Positions 6,872 to 14,722 of a stretch of 32,000 bases of DNA are shown here, one piece after another. Every line of letters starts with the position of its first letter. The first letter of the stretch is position 1. The position numbers and the translations under genes are program-made. The DNA is from Patescibacteria group bacterium (GTDB lineage: Bacteria > Patescibacteriota > Minisyncoccia > RBG-13-40-8-A): contig JBMORO010000040.1 of the NCBI GenBank assembly GCA_049322295.1, positions 33,960-65,959 of the forward strand. The letters run 5' to 3'. The notes under the pieces were generated by a model. It was given only the letters and a program-made list of their open reading frames with translations. It searched no databases and had not been told where the DNA came from.

Positions 6872-7477
6872 TTAAATTGAACTTATTTCTACTAAACTAC
6901 CATTGGGACCAGGCACGGCTCCGGTAATGGCTAGCAGGTTATTTTTATCATCAACTAAGGCGATTTTTAAATTTCTTATCGTGACCCCTCTCCCACCAGT
7001 TCGACCAGGCATTCTTTTTCCTTTGATTACCCTTTCGGGAAAAGAGGTACCAATCGAGCCCGGTCTCCTTAAAACATGACGGTGGCCGTGCGAAGCCGGA
7101 CCACCGGAAAATCTATGTCTTTTAACTACGCCCTGAAATCCTTTTCCTTTTGAAGTGCCAGAAACCTTAATCTTGTCTCCCTCGGTAAAGATTGAAACCC
7201 CAATTTTGTCTCCTTTTTTAAAATCATACTTTTCTCCCTCTCTTATTCTGAATTCTTTTATGTATTTGAATGGTTTATCTTTTTGAGGTTTTTTTATCTT
7301 ATCTAATTTTAATTCCTCAAAACCAATTTGAACTGCTGAATAACCGTCTTTTTCTTTCTCTTTAATTTGGGTAACAAAACAAGGGCCGGCTCCGATAACA
7401 GTTACCGGAATAATATTTCCCCTCTTATCGAAAATCTGCGACATCCCAAGTTTTTTACCTAAGATAAATTTCATCAT
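6872..7477 (-). CDS. rplC: 50S ribosomal protein L3
   Basis: 201 aa with the L3 signature GKGFQGVVKRHRFSGGPASHG. Confidence 0.97.
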   Translation of the reverse strand: MMKFILGKKLGMSQIFDKRGNIIPVTVIGAGPCFVTQIKEKEKDGYSAVQIGFEELKLDKIKKPQKDKPFKYIKEFRIREGEKYDFKKGDKIGVSIFTEGDKIKVSGTSKGKGFQGVVKRHRFSGGPASHGHRHVLRRPGSIGTSFPERVIKGKRMPGRTGGRGVTIRNLKIALVDDKNNLLAITGAVPGPNGSLVEISSI

Positions 7478-7480
7478 AAT

Positions 7481-7630
7481 GTCTACAAATTTACAAATAA
7501 ATACAAATATACAAATTAAATACCGGGCACTACCCGGTATTTAATACGGCTAGAGTTATCCCTTTGGTTTAAAAACTTTTGGGAAAAATAATCATATTTG
7601 TACATTTGTAAAAAATTTGTACTTTTGTAG
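7481..7630. repeat. Family B AT-rich palindrome, copy B1 (split arms with a 76-bp central insert)
   Basis: The left arm is GTCTACAAATTTACAAATAAATACAAATATACAAATT (7481-7517). The right arm is ATATTTGTACATTTGTAAAAAATTTGTACTTTTGTAG (7594-7630). The centre carries the hairpin AAATACCGGG-CACTA-CCCGGTATTT (7518-7542). Confidence 0.7.
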
Positions 7631-7635
7631 AGAAA

Positions 7636-7977
7636 TTAGATTTTAATTTCTATGTCGACGCCAGCGGGCAGGTTCAAATTCATTAAGGCATCAATAATCT
7701 TTGAATTCGGATTAGAAATATCAATCAAGCGCTTATGGGTCCTCATCTCAAACTGCTCTCGGGAGTCTTTATGAACAAAAGTAGAACGATTAACTGTAAA
7801 TTTTTGAATCTGAGTTGGCAGAGGAACTGGACCAATTACCTCGGCGCCATAACGCTCAGCCGTCTCAATAATCTGACGGGCTGACTGGTCAACAATTTTA
7901 TGATCGAAAGCCTTAATTTTAATTCTCAAACGTTGTTTTATCTCTGGCTCAGCTTCGACTTCTTTCTTCTTTACCAC
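7636..7977 (-). CDS. rpsJ: 30S ribosomal protein S10
   Basis: 113 aa with a GTG start. [41 protein letters not shown] is an S10 signature. Confidence 0.97.
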   Translation of the reverse strand: MVKKKEVEAEPEIKQRLRIKIKAFDHKIVDQSARQIIETAERYGAEVIGPVPLPTQIQKFTVNRSTFVHKDSREQFEMRTHKRLIDISNPNSKIIDALMNLNLPAGVDIEIKI

Positions 7978-7984
7978 AATGCTT

Positions 7985-8053
7985 GTCTACAAAAATACAA
8001 ATTTTTACAAATATACAAATTTGTAAATTTGTATATTTTTGTAATTTTGTAGC
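7985..8053. repeat. Family B AT-rich palindrome, copy B2 (tuf stop to rpsJ start)
   Basis: GTCTACAAAAATACAAATTTTTACAAATATACAAATTTGTAAATTTGTATATTTTTGTAATTTTGTAGC is an imperfect palindrome centred on ACAAATTTGT. It abuts the tuf TAG (8054-8056) and ends 7 nt before the rpsJ GTG. Confidence 0.75.
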
Positions 8054-9250
8054 CTATTTGATAATTTTAGTTACCACTCCAGCTCCAACTGTCTTGCCGC
8101 CTTCTCGAATAGCAAATCTTTGTTTTTCTTCCAGAGCAACCGGATTAATTAATTTAATGGTCAACTTAACTGTGTCACCGGGCATAACCATTTCTGCCCC
8201 TTCGGGTAAGGCTACTATATCACCAGTTACATCAGTAGTTCGGATATAGAATTGGGGTTTATAACCCTTAAAGAATGGGGTATGACGGCCACCTTCTTCT
8301 TTACTTAAGATATAAACCTCTCCTTCAAAATCAGTATGGGGGGTAACACTTCCTGGTTTAGCAATGACTTGTCCTCTTTCTACATCTTCTTTCTTTAACC
8401 CTCTTAAAAGAATACCGGCATTATCACCAGCCATGCCTTCATCTAATGATTTATTAAACATCTCAATACCTGTAACTACTGTCTTCTGGGTGGGTCTTAT
8501 ACCAACAACTTCAACTTCTTCATTTAGTTTAATAACCCCCCTTTCAATCTTTCCAGTAACTACTGTTCCTCGCCCTTCAATTGAGAAAATATCCTCAATT
8601 GGCATTAAAAATAGCTTATCGGTTTCTCTTTTGGGTTCGGGAATATACTCATCTATTGCTTTAACCAACTCAAAAACGCATTTAGCATCTTCGGAATCTG
8701 GAGAATCAGCTTCTAAGGCCTTTAAAGCCGAGCCTCTTATTACTGGAATCTTGTCGCCAGGGAATTCATATTTGGTTAAAAGCTCTCTTACCTCGGCTTC
8801 AACTAAATCAATCAACTCTGGATCATCAACTTGGTCAATTTTACTAAGAAAAACAACTATTGCCGGTACACCGACCTGACGAGCTAACAAAATATGCTCC
8901 CGGGTTTGGGGCATTGGACCATCAGCAGCTGAAACAACTAAGATTGCTCCGTCCATTTGAGCAGCTCCGGTAATCATATTTTTAATGTAATCAGCATGGC
9001 CAGGAGCATCGATATGGGCGTAGTGCCTCTTTTCGGTCTCATATTCAACATGAGCCAAGGCAATAGTAATACCTCGCTCTCTTTCTTCAGGAGCATTATC
9101 AATATCATCTACCCCTTTTTTAGAGGCCAGAAAACCCTTTGCTCCTAACTGCTTTAGAATAGCTGCAGTTAAGGTTGTTTTACCGTGGTCAACATGACCA
9201 ATTGTCCCAACATTAATGTGAGGTTTTGTTCGTTCAAATTTTTCAGCCAT
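8054..9250 (-). CDS. tuf: Elongation factor Tu
   Basis: 398 aa starting [31 protein letters not shown], with the DAPGHADY and NKxD-equivalent regions. Confidence 0.99.
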   Translation of the reverse strand: MAEKFERTKPHINVGTIGHVDHGKTTLTAAILKQLGAKGFLASKKGVDDIDNAPEERERGITIALAHVEYETEKRHYAHIDAPGHADYIKNMITGAAQMDGAILVVSAADGPMPQTREHILLARQVGVPAIVVFLSKIDQVDDPELIDLVEAEVRELLTKYEFPGDKIPVIRGSALKALEADSPDSEDAKCVFELVKAIDEYIPEPKRETDKLFLMPIEDIFSIEGRGTVVTGKIERGVIKLNEEVEVVGIRPTQKTVVTGIEMFNKSLDEGMAGDNAGILLRGLKKEDVERGQVIAKPGSVTPHTDFEGEVYILSKEEGGRHTPFFKGYKPQFYIRTTDVTGDIVALPEGAEMVMPGDTVKLTIKLINPVALEEKQRFAIREGGKTVGAGVVTKIIK

Positions 9251-9260
9251 AAATTATTCG

Positions 9261-9333
9261 CAAGCAACAGGTATCAGCAGACAAGAAACACTTCGTATTT
9301 ATTGAATACTGCTACCTGAATACTGTTACTTGT
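9261..9333 (-). promoter_or_regulatory. Long imperfect hairpin in the tuf 5' leader
   Basis: In minus sense, CAAGUAACAG-UAUU-CAGGUAGCAG ... CUGC-UGA-UACCUG-UUGCUUG form two stacked ~10-bp helices. The direct repeat CAGTATTCA occurs twice in the 5' arm. The structure ends ~10 nt before the tuf ATG. Confidence 0.45.
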
Positions 9334-9353
9334 TATTTTAGATGTTAATTTTA

Positions 9354-9382
9354 AGTTTAAATATTAAATAATTTTTAGTCAA
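9354..9382 (-). promoter_or_regulatory. Putative sigma70-type promoter for tuf (TTGACT-N17-TAAACT)
   Basis: Minus-sense GGACTTGACT AAAAATTATTTAATATT TAAACT. The -35 box is at 9382-9377 and the -10 box at 9359-9354, with an exact 17-nt spacer. It lies in the only large gap (166 nt) of the str operon. Confidence 0.5.
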
Positions 9383-9416
9383 GTCCGACCTTTTATAATT
9401 GTTGATAATTTGTTTA

Positions 9417-11525
9417 TTATTTCTTTTTGCCTTCTATAATCTGTTGAGCAATATTATCTGGAACTTGGGCATAGTGATCAAACTCCATGGTAAAACTTCC
9501 TCTTCCCTCAGTCATAGAACGAAGTTGAGTAGCATAACCAAACATTTCAGCTAATGGCACTTTAGCATCAATTACTTTCACATTTATTCTTTCGCTCATC
9601 TTCTCAATTTTGGCCCTTTTACTACTTAAATCACCGGTGATGTCTCCCAAAAATTGCTCTGGTACTATTACTTCAACTTTCATAATTGGCTCCAGCAATA
9701 TTAATTTAGATTTTTTAGCAGCTGATTGAAAGGCAATTGAACCAGCAATCTTGAAAGCAGCTTCTGAGGAGTCGACCTCGTGATACGAACCATCATAAAG
9801 AGTGGTTTTAACGTCAACAACCGGATAACCAGCCAAGACTCCTTTAGCCATTGCTTCTTTGACTCCTTTTTGAACTGCGGGAATATACTCGGAAGGAATA
9901 ATTCCTCCTTTAATAGCATTAACAAACTCAAATCCCCTGCCTCTTTCTAATGGTTCAACCTTTAACCAAACATGACCATATTGACCCCGACCCCCACTCT
10001 GACGAATGTATTTTCCTTCAGCTTCAGCCAGACCTAAAATGGTTTCCTTATAAGCAACTTGAGGACGTCCAACATTAGCTCCTACACCAAACTCTCTAAA
10101 CATTCTATCAACAATAATTTCCAAATGGAGCTCGCCCATACCTGAAATTATGGTCTGACCAGTTTCTTCGTCAGTTCTTACCTTAAAAGTCGGATCCTCA
10201 TCAGAAAGCCGTTTTAAAGAAAGACTTAATTTCTCTTGATCAGCTTTGCTCTTGGGTTCAATAGAAATATAAATGACTGGTTCAGGAAAGATAATTCTCT
10301 CTAAAATAATGGGATTATCAGGATCGCAAAGCGTATCACCGGTAGTGGTATTTTTTAACCCCACTGCTGCCCCGATCTCTCCAGCAAAAATTTCTTTTAC
10401 ATCCTCACGATGATTAGCATGCATTCTTAAAATCCTGCCTATTCTTTCTTTCTGACCGCTTATTGTATTTAAAACATAGGAGCCAGCGCTTAATTTTCCT
10501 GAATAAACCCTAAAATAAGTTAAACTTCCCACATAAGGATCGGAAGCTACCTTAAAAGCTAAAGCAGAAAAAGGCTCATCATCTGAAGCTTTTCTAGCTA
10601 ACTTTTCCTCGGTTTTGGGATGAATCCCCTCAACTGGAGGTAAATCAATTGGCGAAGGTAAATAATAAATAATAGCATCAATTAAAAGTTGAGTGGCCGT
10701 GTTTCTTAAAGCTGCTCCGCAAAAAACTGGCACTAATTTATAATTAATTGTTGCTTGGCGAAGAACTTCTCTTAATTCGTCAATTTTAATTTCTTTACCT
10801 TCTAAATATTTTTCCATTAAACTATCATCTTGTTCGGCTATTTTTTCTACTAATTCATGTCTTAATTTTTCGGCTTCGGTTTTAAGATTTTCAGGTATTT
10901 CTTTTTCTATGACTTGTTCTCCGTTTTTCCCCTCAAAATAATAGGCTTTCTGAGTTAATAAATCCGCCACTCCCTGATGCTCGTTTTCTAAACCAATAGG
11001 AATCTGCATTCTCACAGCATTGGGGGTTAATCTTTCTAAAATTGAGGCAAAGCTTTTTTCAAAACTTGCTCCTAATCTATCCATTTTATTAACAAAACAA
11101 ATTCTTGGCACTTTGAATTTATCTGCCTGATGCCAGACAGTTTCTGACTGCGGCTCTACCCCAGCTACTCCATCAAAAATAACCACTGCCCCGTCCAAAA
11201 CCCTTAAAGACCTTTGAACTTCAGCCGTGAAATCAATGTGTCCAGGAGTATCAATAATGTTTATTCTGTATTCTTTCTCGGTTTCCTTTTTTAAATATTC
11301 TTGAGGTGTCCAAAAACAAGTAGTAGCCGCAGCGGTAATGGTAATTCCTCTTTCTTTTTCCTGAGCCATCCAGTCCATAATTGCCTCACCCTCGTGAACT
11401 TCGCCAATTTTGTGAGAAATTCCAGTATAAAAAAGTACCCGTTCAGTAACAGTTGTCTTTCCAGCATCAATATGAGCAATAAACCCAATATCCCGATTTC
11501 TTTCAATGGAGTACTGTCTGGCCAT
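9417..11525 (-). CDS. fusA: Elongation factor G
   Basis: [35 protein letters not shown]... from ATG at 11525. The track start at 11543 would overlap rpsG. There are about 702 aa, with DTPGHIDF. Confidence 0.98.
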   Translation of the reverse strand: MARQYSIERNRDIGFIAHIDAGKTTVTERVLFYTGISHKIGEVHEGEAIMDWMAQEKERGITITAAATTCFWTPQEYLKKETEKEYRINIIDTPGHIDFTAEVQRSLRVLDGAVVIFDGVAGVEPQSETVWHQADKFKVPRICFVNKMDRLGASFEKSFASILERLTPNAVRMQIPIGLENEHQGVADLLTQKAYYFEGKNGEQVIEKEIPENLKTEAEKLRHELVEKIAEQDDSLMEKYLEGKEIKIDELREVLRQATINYKLVPVFCGAALRNTATQLLIDAIIYYLPSPIDLPPVEGIHPKTEEKLARKASDDEPFSALAFKVASDPYVGSLTYFRVYSGKLSAGSYVLNTISGQKERIGRILRMHANHREDVKEIFAGEIGAAVGLKNTTTGDTLCDPDNPIILERIIFPEPVIYISIEPKSKADQEKLSLSLKRLSDEDPTFKVRTDEETGQTIISGMGELHLEIIVDRMFREFGVGANVGRPQVAYKETILGLAEAEGKYIRQSGGRGQYGHVWLKVEPLERGRGFEFVNAIKGGIIPSEYIPAVQKGVKEAMAKGVLAGYPVVDVKTTLYDGSYHEVDSSEAAFKIAGSIAFQSAAKKSKLILLEPIMKVEVIVPEQFLGDITGDLSSKRAKIEKMSERINVKVIDAKVPLAEMFGYATQLRSMTEGRGSFTMEFDHYAQVPDNIAQQIIEGKKK

Positions 11526-11536
11526 AAATTTATGTT

Positions 11537-12007
11537 TTACCAAGCAAAATGGGCGAAGGCGCGATTGGCTTCGGCTATTCGGTGGGTTTCTTCTTTCTTT
11601 TTAACTGCCTCACCAGTATTATTAAAGGCATCAACTAATTCTTTGGCTAATTTTTCTGCCATTGATTTACCTTTTTTCTTTCGCGCTGCTTCAATAATCC
11701 AGCGCATGGCTAAAGCCTCTCTCCTTTTTCCTTTAACTTCGTAAGGAACCTGATAATTAGCTCCTCCTACTCTTCGCGATTTTACTTCTAATAAAGGAGA
11801 GGTATTTTTTATTGCCTCTTCTAAAATTTCTAAAGGATTATCTTTTTTTAGTTGTTTAGCTACTAAATCTAAAGCAGTATAAAAAATATTCTGAGCTATT
11901 GATTTTTTTCCTCTTTCCATTAGATTATTAATAAATTTAGCCACCAAAACACTATTATATTTGGAGTCAGGATTTGTTTCTGTTTTGAATGTTTTCTTTT
12001 TACGCAT
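11537..12007 (-). CDS. rpsG: 30S ribosomal protein S7
   Basis: [43 protein letters not shown] from ATG at 12007. The track extension MTEGN is leader read-through. Confidence 0.96.
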   Translation of the reverse strand: MRKKKTFKTETNPDSKYNSVLVAKFINNLMERGKKSIAQNIFYTALDLVAKQLKKDNPLEILEEAIKNTSPLLEVKSRRVGGANYQVPYEVKGKRREALAMRWIIEAARKKKGKSMAEKLAKELVDAFNNTGEAVKKKEETHRIAEANRAFAHFAW

Positions 12008-12043
12008 GTTCCCTTCGGTCAAAATAAAATATTAAATATAAAA
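12008..12043 (-). promoter_or_regulatory. Conserved translation-initiation leader motif (rpsG copy)
   Basis: Minus-sense TTTTATATTTAATATTTTATTTTGACCGAAGGGAAC precedes the ATG. It is 34/36 identical to the rpsN copy at 1066-1101. Confidence 0.5.
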
Positions 12044-12056
12044 GATAAAGTACTTT

Positions 12057-12545
12057 TTATTTTTTATTTTCCTCCTTGCCTTCTGGTTCGGTCGGCTTTT
12101 CTCCCTCTTCCACTGATGCTTCTCTTTTTATACCCACCTCTCCTTTCTTAGCTCCGTATTTTGATCTTTGTTGTTTCCGACCTTCCACTCCAGCTGTATC
12201 TAAGATTCCTCTAACAACATGATAACGAACTCCTGGCAAATCTTTTACTCTACCCCCGCGGATAATTACAATTGAATGCTCTTGCAAATTATGACCTTCA
12301 CCAGGAATATAAGCAGTTACTTCCATACCATTAGTTAATCTTACCCGAGCAACTTTTCTTAAAGCTGAATTTGGCTTTTTGGGAGTAGTAGTATAAACCT
12401 TTAAACAAACTCCTCGTTTAAAGGGAGAATACTCTTTAACTGGTCTGTTCTTGAGAACATTAAAACTTCGGCGAAGAGCCGGGACTTTCGCTTTTTTAGC
12501 TGTTTTCTTTCTTGGCCTTTTAATTAGTTGACGAATTGTTGGCAT
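12057..12545 (-). CDS. rpsL: 30S ribosomal protein S12 (with ~30 aa acidic/Lys C-terminal extension)
   Basis: [14 protein letters not shown]...[37 protein letters not shown] from ATG at 12545. The tail is ...[20 protein letters not shown]. Confidence 0.97.
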   Translation of the reverse strand: MPTIRQLIKRPRKKTAKKAKVPALRRSFNVLKNRPVKEYSPFKRGVCLKVYTTTPKKPNSALRKVARVRLTNGMEVTAYIPGEGHNLQEHSIVIIRGGRVKDLPGVRYHVVRGILDTAGVEGRKQQRSKYGAKKGEVGIKREASVEEGEKPTEPEGKEENKK

Positions 12546-12620
12546 GTTCCTTTCAGTCAAATTAAAAATTAAAAAATAAAAATTTAAAAATAAACCTCAA
12601 ATTTATTGAGCTTAATAAAA

Positions 12621-12649
12621 AATATAGCAATAATTTAAAAATTAGTCAA
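12621..12649 (-). promoter_or_regulatory. Putative promoter of the rpsL-rpsG-fusA operon (TTGACT-N17-TGCTATATT)
   Basis: Minus-sense TTGACT AATTTTTAAATTATTGC TATATT. The -35 box is at 12649-12644 and the -10 box at 12626-12621, with a TGn extended -10. It starts 1 nt after the tRNA-Pro 3' end. Confidence 0.55.
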
Positions 12650-12650
12650 A

Positions 12651-12721
12651 TCGGGCTGCCGGGAGTTGAACCCGGATCGCATGCACCCCATGCACGTATA
12701 CTACCGTTGTACTACAGCCCG
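12651..12721 (-). tRNA. tRNA-Pro (anticodon GGG), no encoded CCA
   Basis: Hand-folded cloverleaf: CGGGCTG TA GTAC AACGGTA GTAT A CGTGC AUGGGGU GCATG CGAT CCGGG TTCAACT CCCGG CAGCCCG A. C1-G72, A73 and G37 are typical of bacterial tRNA-Pro. Confidence 0.9.
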
Positions 12722-12906
12722 CTACCTTTGCTCATCTTCTTAATACATTTAGCACAAACTTTAACTCTTTTTCCATTACTCAAAATCACCCATTGTAAAT
12801 TGGGATATTTTCTTTTTTTAGCCGTAGGATTATATTTGCTTCGTAACTTTTTTCGTGTTACAGTTACAATAGATTTTTTCCCACAAATAGCGCAAACTCG
12901 TGACAT
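12712..12906 (-). CDS. rpmB: 50S ribosomal protein L28 (Cys4 form)
   Basis: 64 aa, MSRVCAICGKKSIVTVTRKKLRSKYNPTAKKRKYPNLQWV...CAKC. The L28 signature is present (C.ICGK ... PNLQ). The last 10 nt overlap the tRNA-Pro 5' end. Confidence 0.93.
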   Translation of the reverse strand: MSRVCAICGKKSIVTVTRKKLRSKYNPTAKKRKYPNLQWVILSNGKRVKVCAKCIKKMSKGSGL

Positions 12907-12928
12907 AGTATTTTGAGTTTAGCATAAT
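12900..12928 (+). promoter_or_regulatory. Putative promoter for the M50 protease gene (GTGACA-N17-CATAAT)
   Basis: The -35 box GTGACA is at 12900-12905, the spacer is 17 nt, and the -10 box CATAAT is at 12923-12928. It is divergent from and interleaved with the rpmB promoter. Confidence 0.4.
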
Positions 12929-12944
12929 TTTTTTAATTTAGCAA
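12916..12944 (-). promoter_or_regulatory. Putative rpmB promoter (TTGCTA-N17-TGCTAAACT), near-leaderless geometry
   Basis: Minus-sense TTGCTA AATTAAAAAAATTATGC TAAACT, then CAAAATACT, then ATG. Only 9 nt separate the -10 box from the start codon. Confidence 0.5.
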
Positions 12945-12949
12945 TAAAT

Positions 12950-13582
12950 ATGGAGTATTTACTTTTAATAATCATCCTTATTTTTTCAATCGTTATTCAT
13001 GAGGTCTCTCATGGGGTAATTGCTAATTGGCTAGGTGACCCCACTGCTAAATATGCTGGCCGTCTTACTTTAAATCCCTTAAAACATTTAGATCTTTTGG
13101 GGTCAATAATTTTACCTTTGATTTTAATTATAATGGCTAACTTAACGGGGGGTGGATTTATCTTCGGCTGGGCTAAACCAGTTCCTTATAATCCCTATAA
13201 TCTTAAAAATAAAAAATGGGGACCAGCTATGGTGGGAATTATTGGGCCGGTCTCAAATATAATTTTAGCCCTAGCCTTTGGCTTATCAGTTCGTTTGCTA
13301 CCAACGGCTTCATCTGTTTATTTTACTAATTTAGCCGACGTCTTTAAAGCTATTGTTTGGATTAATCTCTTATTAGCGGTCTTTAATCTTGTCCCTATCC
13401 CTCCTTTGGATGGTTCAAAAATTCTTTTTGCTCTTCTCCCCTCCAAATATCAACGTCTATCATTTGAATTCGAACGTTATGGTTTAATTTTAGTTTTATT
13501 TTTTATTTTTTTCCTTTTCAGATTTATTATCCCGATTATCTTCTGGCTATTTAAAATAATTGTTGGCAGCTCGTTATTATAG
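12950..13582 (+). CDS. Site-2 protease family (peptidase M50) membrane metalloprotease
   Basis: 210 aa and polytopic. It has the HExxH motif (IHEVSHG) in TM1 and the second motif NLVPIPPLDGSKI. Confidence 0.9.
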   Translation: MEYLLLIIILIFSIVIHEVSHGVIANWLGDPTAKYAGRLTLNPLKHLDLLGSIILPLILIIMANLTGGGFIFGWAKPVPYNPYNLKNKKWGPAMVGIIGPVSNIILALAFGLSVRLLPTASSVYFTNLADVFKAIVWINLLLAVFNLVPIPPLDGSKILFALLPSKYQRLSFEFERYGLILVLFFIFFLFRFIIPIIFWLFKIIVGSSLL

Positions 13583-13585
13583 GAT

Positions 13586-13614
13586 TTGCTAAAAAATTTT
13601 TATTGTGATAAACT
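13586..13614 (+). promoter_or_regulatory. Putative promoter of the 65-aa orphan gene (TTGCTA-N17-TGATAAACT)
   Basis: The -35 box TTGCTA is at 13586-13591, the spacer is 17 nt, and the -10 box TAAACT is at 13609-13614, preceded by TGA. The hexamers are the same as in the rpmB promoter. Confidence 0.5.
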
Positions 13615-13657
13615 AAAAATTCGCTCTCTTGAGCAAATTTAATCTAAGGAGGAAAAA

Positions 13658-13855
13658 ATGGGTCAGAACAGTACTTTAATTAGCGAGTTAGAGGCGGTGA
13701 ATTGCGAAACAATGACCGTCGTCTATGAAAAGTGGGGGGTTCGGAAAGAATATAAAGGATCAAAAGATGGAACTATTTCCCTTGTTAAAAAAATCCTCGC
13801 CTCTCCTAAGGAGATGAGGATAATAGAAATCCAGCACCCGCCGGCAGCCGAATAG
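13658..13855 (+). CDS. Hypothetical small protein (65 aa), no recognisable family
   Basis: It has the strongest SD in the window (AAGGAGGAAAAAATG), its own promoter and a rho-independent terminator. It is visibly GC-richer than its neighbours and has no TM segment or signal peptide. Confidence 0.65.
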   Translation: MGQNSTLISELEAVNCETMTVVYEKWGVRKEYKGSKDGTISLVKKILASPKEMRIIEIQHPPAAE

Positions 13856-13874
13856 GCTGCTTTTTTATTTTTTT
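13844..13874 (+). terminator. Rho-independent terminator after the 65-aa ORF
   Basis: GCAGCC-GAATA-GGCTGC (13844-13860) is followed by TTTTTTATTTTTTT. The stop codon TAG lies in the loop. Confidence 0.75.
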
Positions 13875-14722
13875 ACGAAGAAATTAATTCCGTCACTTAA
13901 AATTTCTACATCCCCGTCTCTATCAGTCTGAAAAATCCCTAAATTCGCCAATCTTTCTAAAACCTCTTGATGGGGGTGGCCATATTTATTATCTTTGCCA
14001 ACTGGAATTACTGCTAAAATCGCATTCACTGCTTTCAAAAATTCTTCGGAAGTGGATGTTTTGCTGCCATGATGAGCGATTTTTAAAATATCAGATTTAA
14101 GATTGACACCAGCAGAAATTAGTTTATTTTCCACGCTTTTTTCAATATCTCCGGTAAAGAGGGCCTCAAAATTGTTATAAACTAATTTACCAACAATAGA
14201 TGTGTTATTACTTTCGGAAAGTTCCTTACCAACCAAGGTTTCAAAAGGATAAAGAATATCGAATCTTATTCCATTATTAAAATTGATTTCTCCGCCAGAT
14301 TTGGCAAGATAAATCGGAATATTCTTTCGCTCAATATTTCTCAGCCATTCTTTATATTGTTCAGTGTCTCGAAAAATACCAGTCATAATAATTGCGCCAA
14401 TTTGATATCTTTTGATAATTTCAATTAAGCCACTTAGATGGTCGGCTTCGGGATGACTTAAAATTATCAAATCAATATATCGATCATAAAAAGGCATTTC
14501 CCTGCCGATTTTTTCCAAAATTGACAAATCCGGACCACCATCAATCAATATCTGTTTTTTGTCCATTGTTTCAATAAAAATCGCATCTCCCTGCCCAATA
14601 TCAAAAAATTCTACTTTCAAAAATTTATTGCCTTCTTGTTTAAAAACAAAAATCCAAATAATAATCGCAATTATAAAAAGAAATATTAATAAACCAATTT
14701 TTTGTTTCTTTTGTATAACCAT
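13865..14722 (-). CDS. comEC: ComEC/Rec2 C-terminal part: TM helix plus metallo-beta-lactamase domain
   Basis: MVIQKKQKIGLLIFLFIIAIIIWIFVF then LKVEFFDIGQGDAIFIET...SHPEADHLSGL...HHGSKTS, the MBL motifs of the ComEC C-domain. The first ATG is at 14722 and the maximal ORF reaches 14767. It is in the -1 frame relative to the upstream comEC part. Confidence 0.85.
   Translation of the reverse strand: MVIQKKQKIGLLIFLFIIAIIIWIFVFKQEGNKFLKVEFFDIGQGDAIFIETMDKKQILIDGGPDLSILEKIGREMPFYDRYIDLIILSHPEADHLSGLIEIIKRYQIGAIIMTGIFRDTEQYKEWLRNIERKNIPIYLAKSGGEINFNNGIRFDILYPFETLVGKELSESNNTSIVGKLVYNNFEALFTGDIEKSVENKLISAGVNLKSDILKIAHHGSKTSTSEEFLKAVNAILAVIPVGKDNKYGHPHQEVLERLANLGIFQTDRDGDVEILSDGINFFVKK

Noticed and set aside
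7985-8053. The family B palindrome upstream of rpsJ could be the S10-operon promoter.
   Set aside because: I could not place a -35/-10 pair with 16-18-nt spacing in either orientation that matches the TTGnnn-N17-TAnAnT pattern seen at the other six sites. AT-rich palindromes give many spurious hexamer hits.
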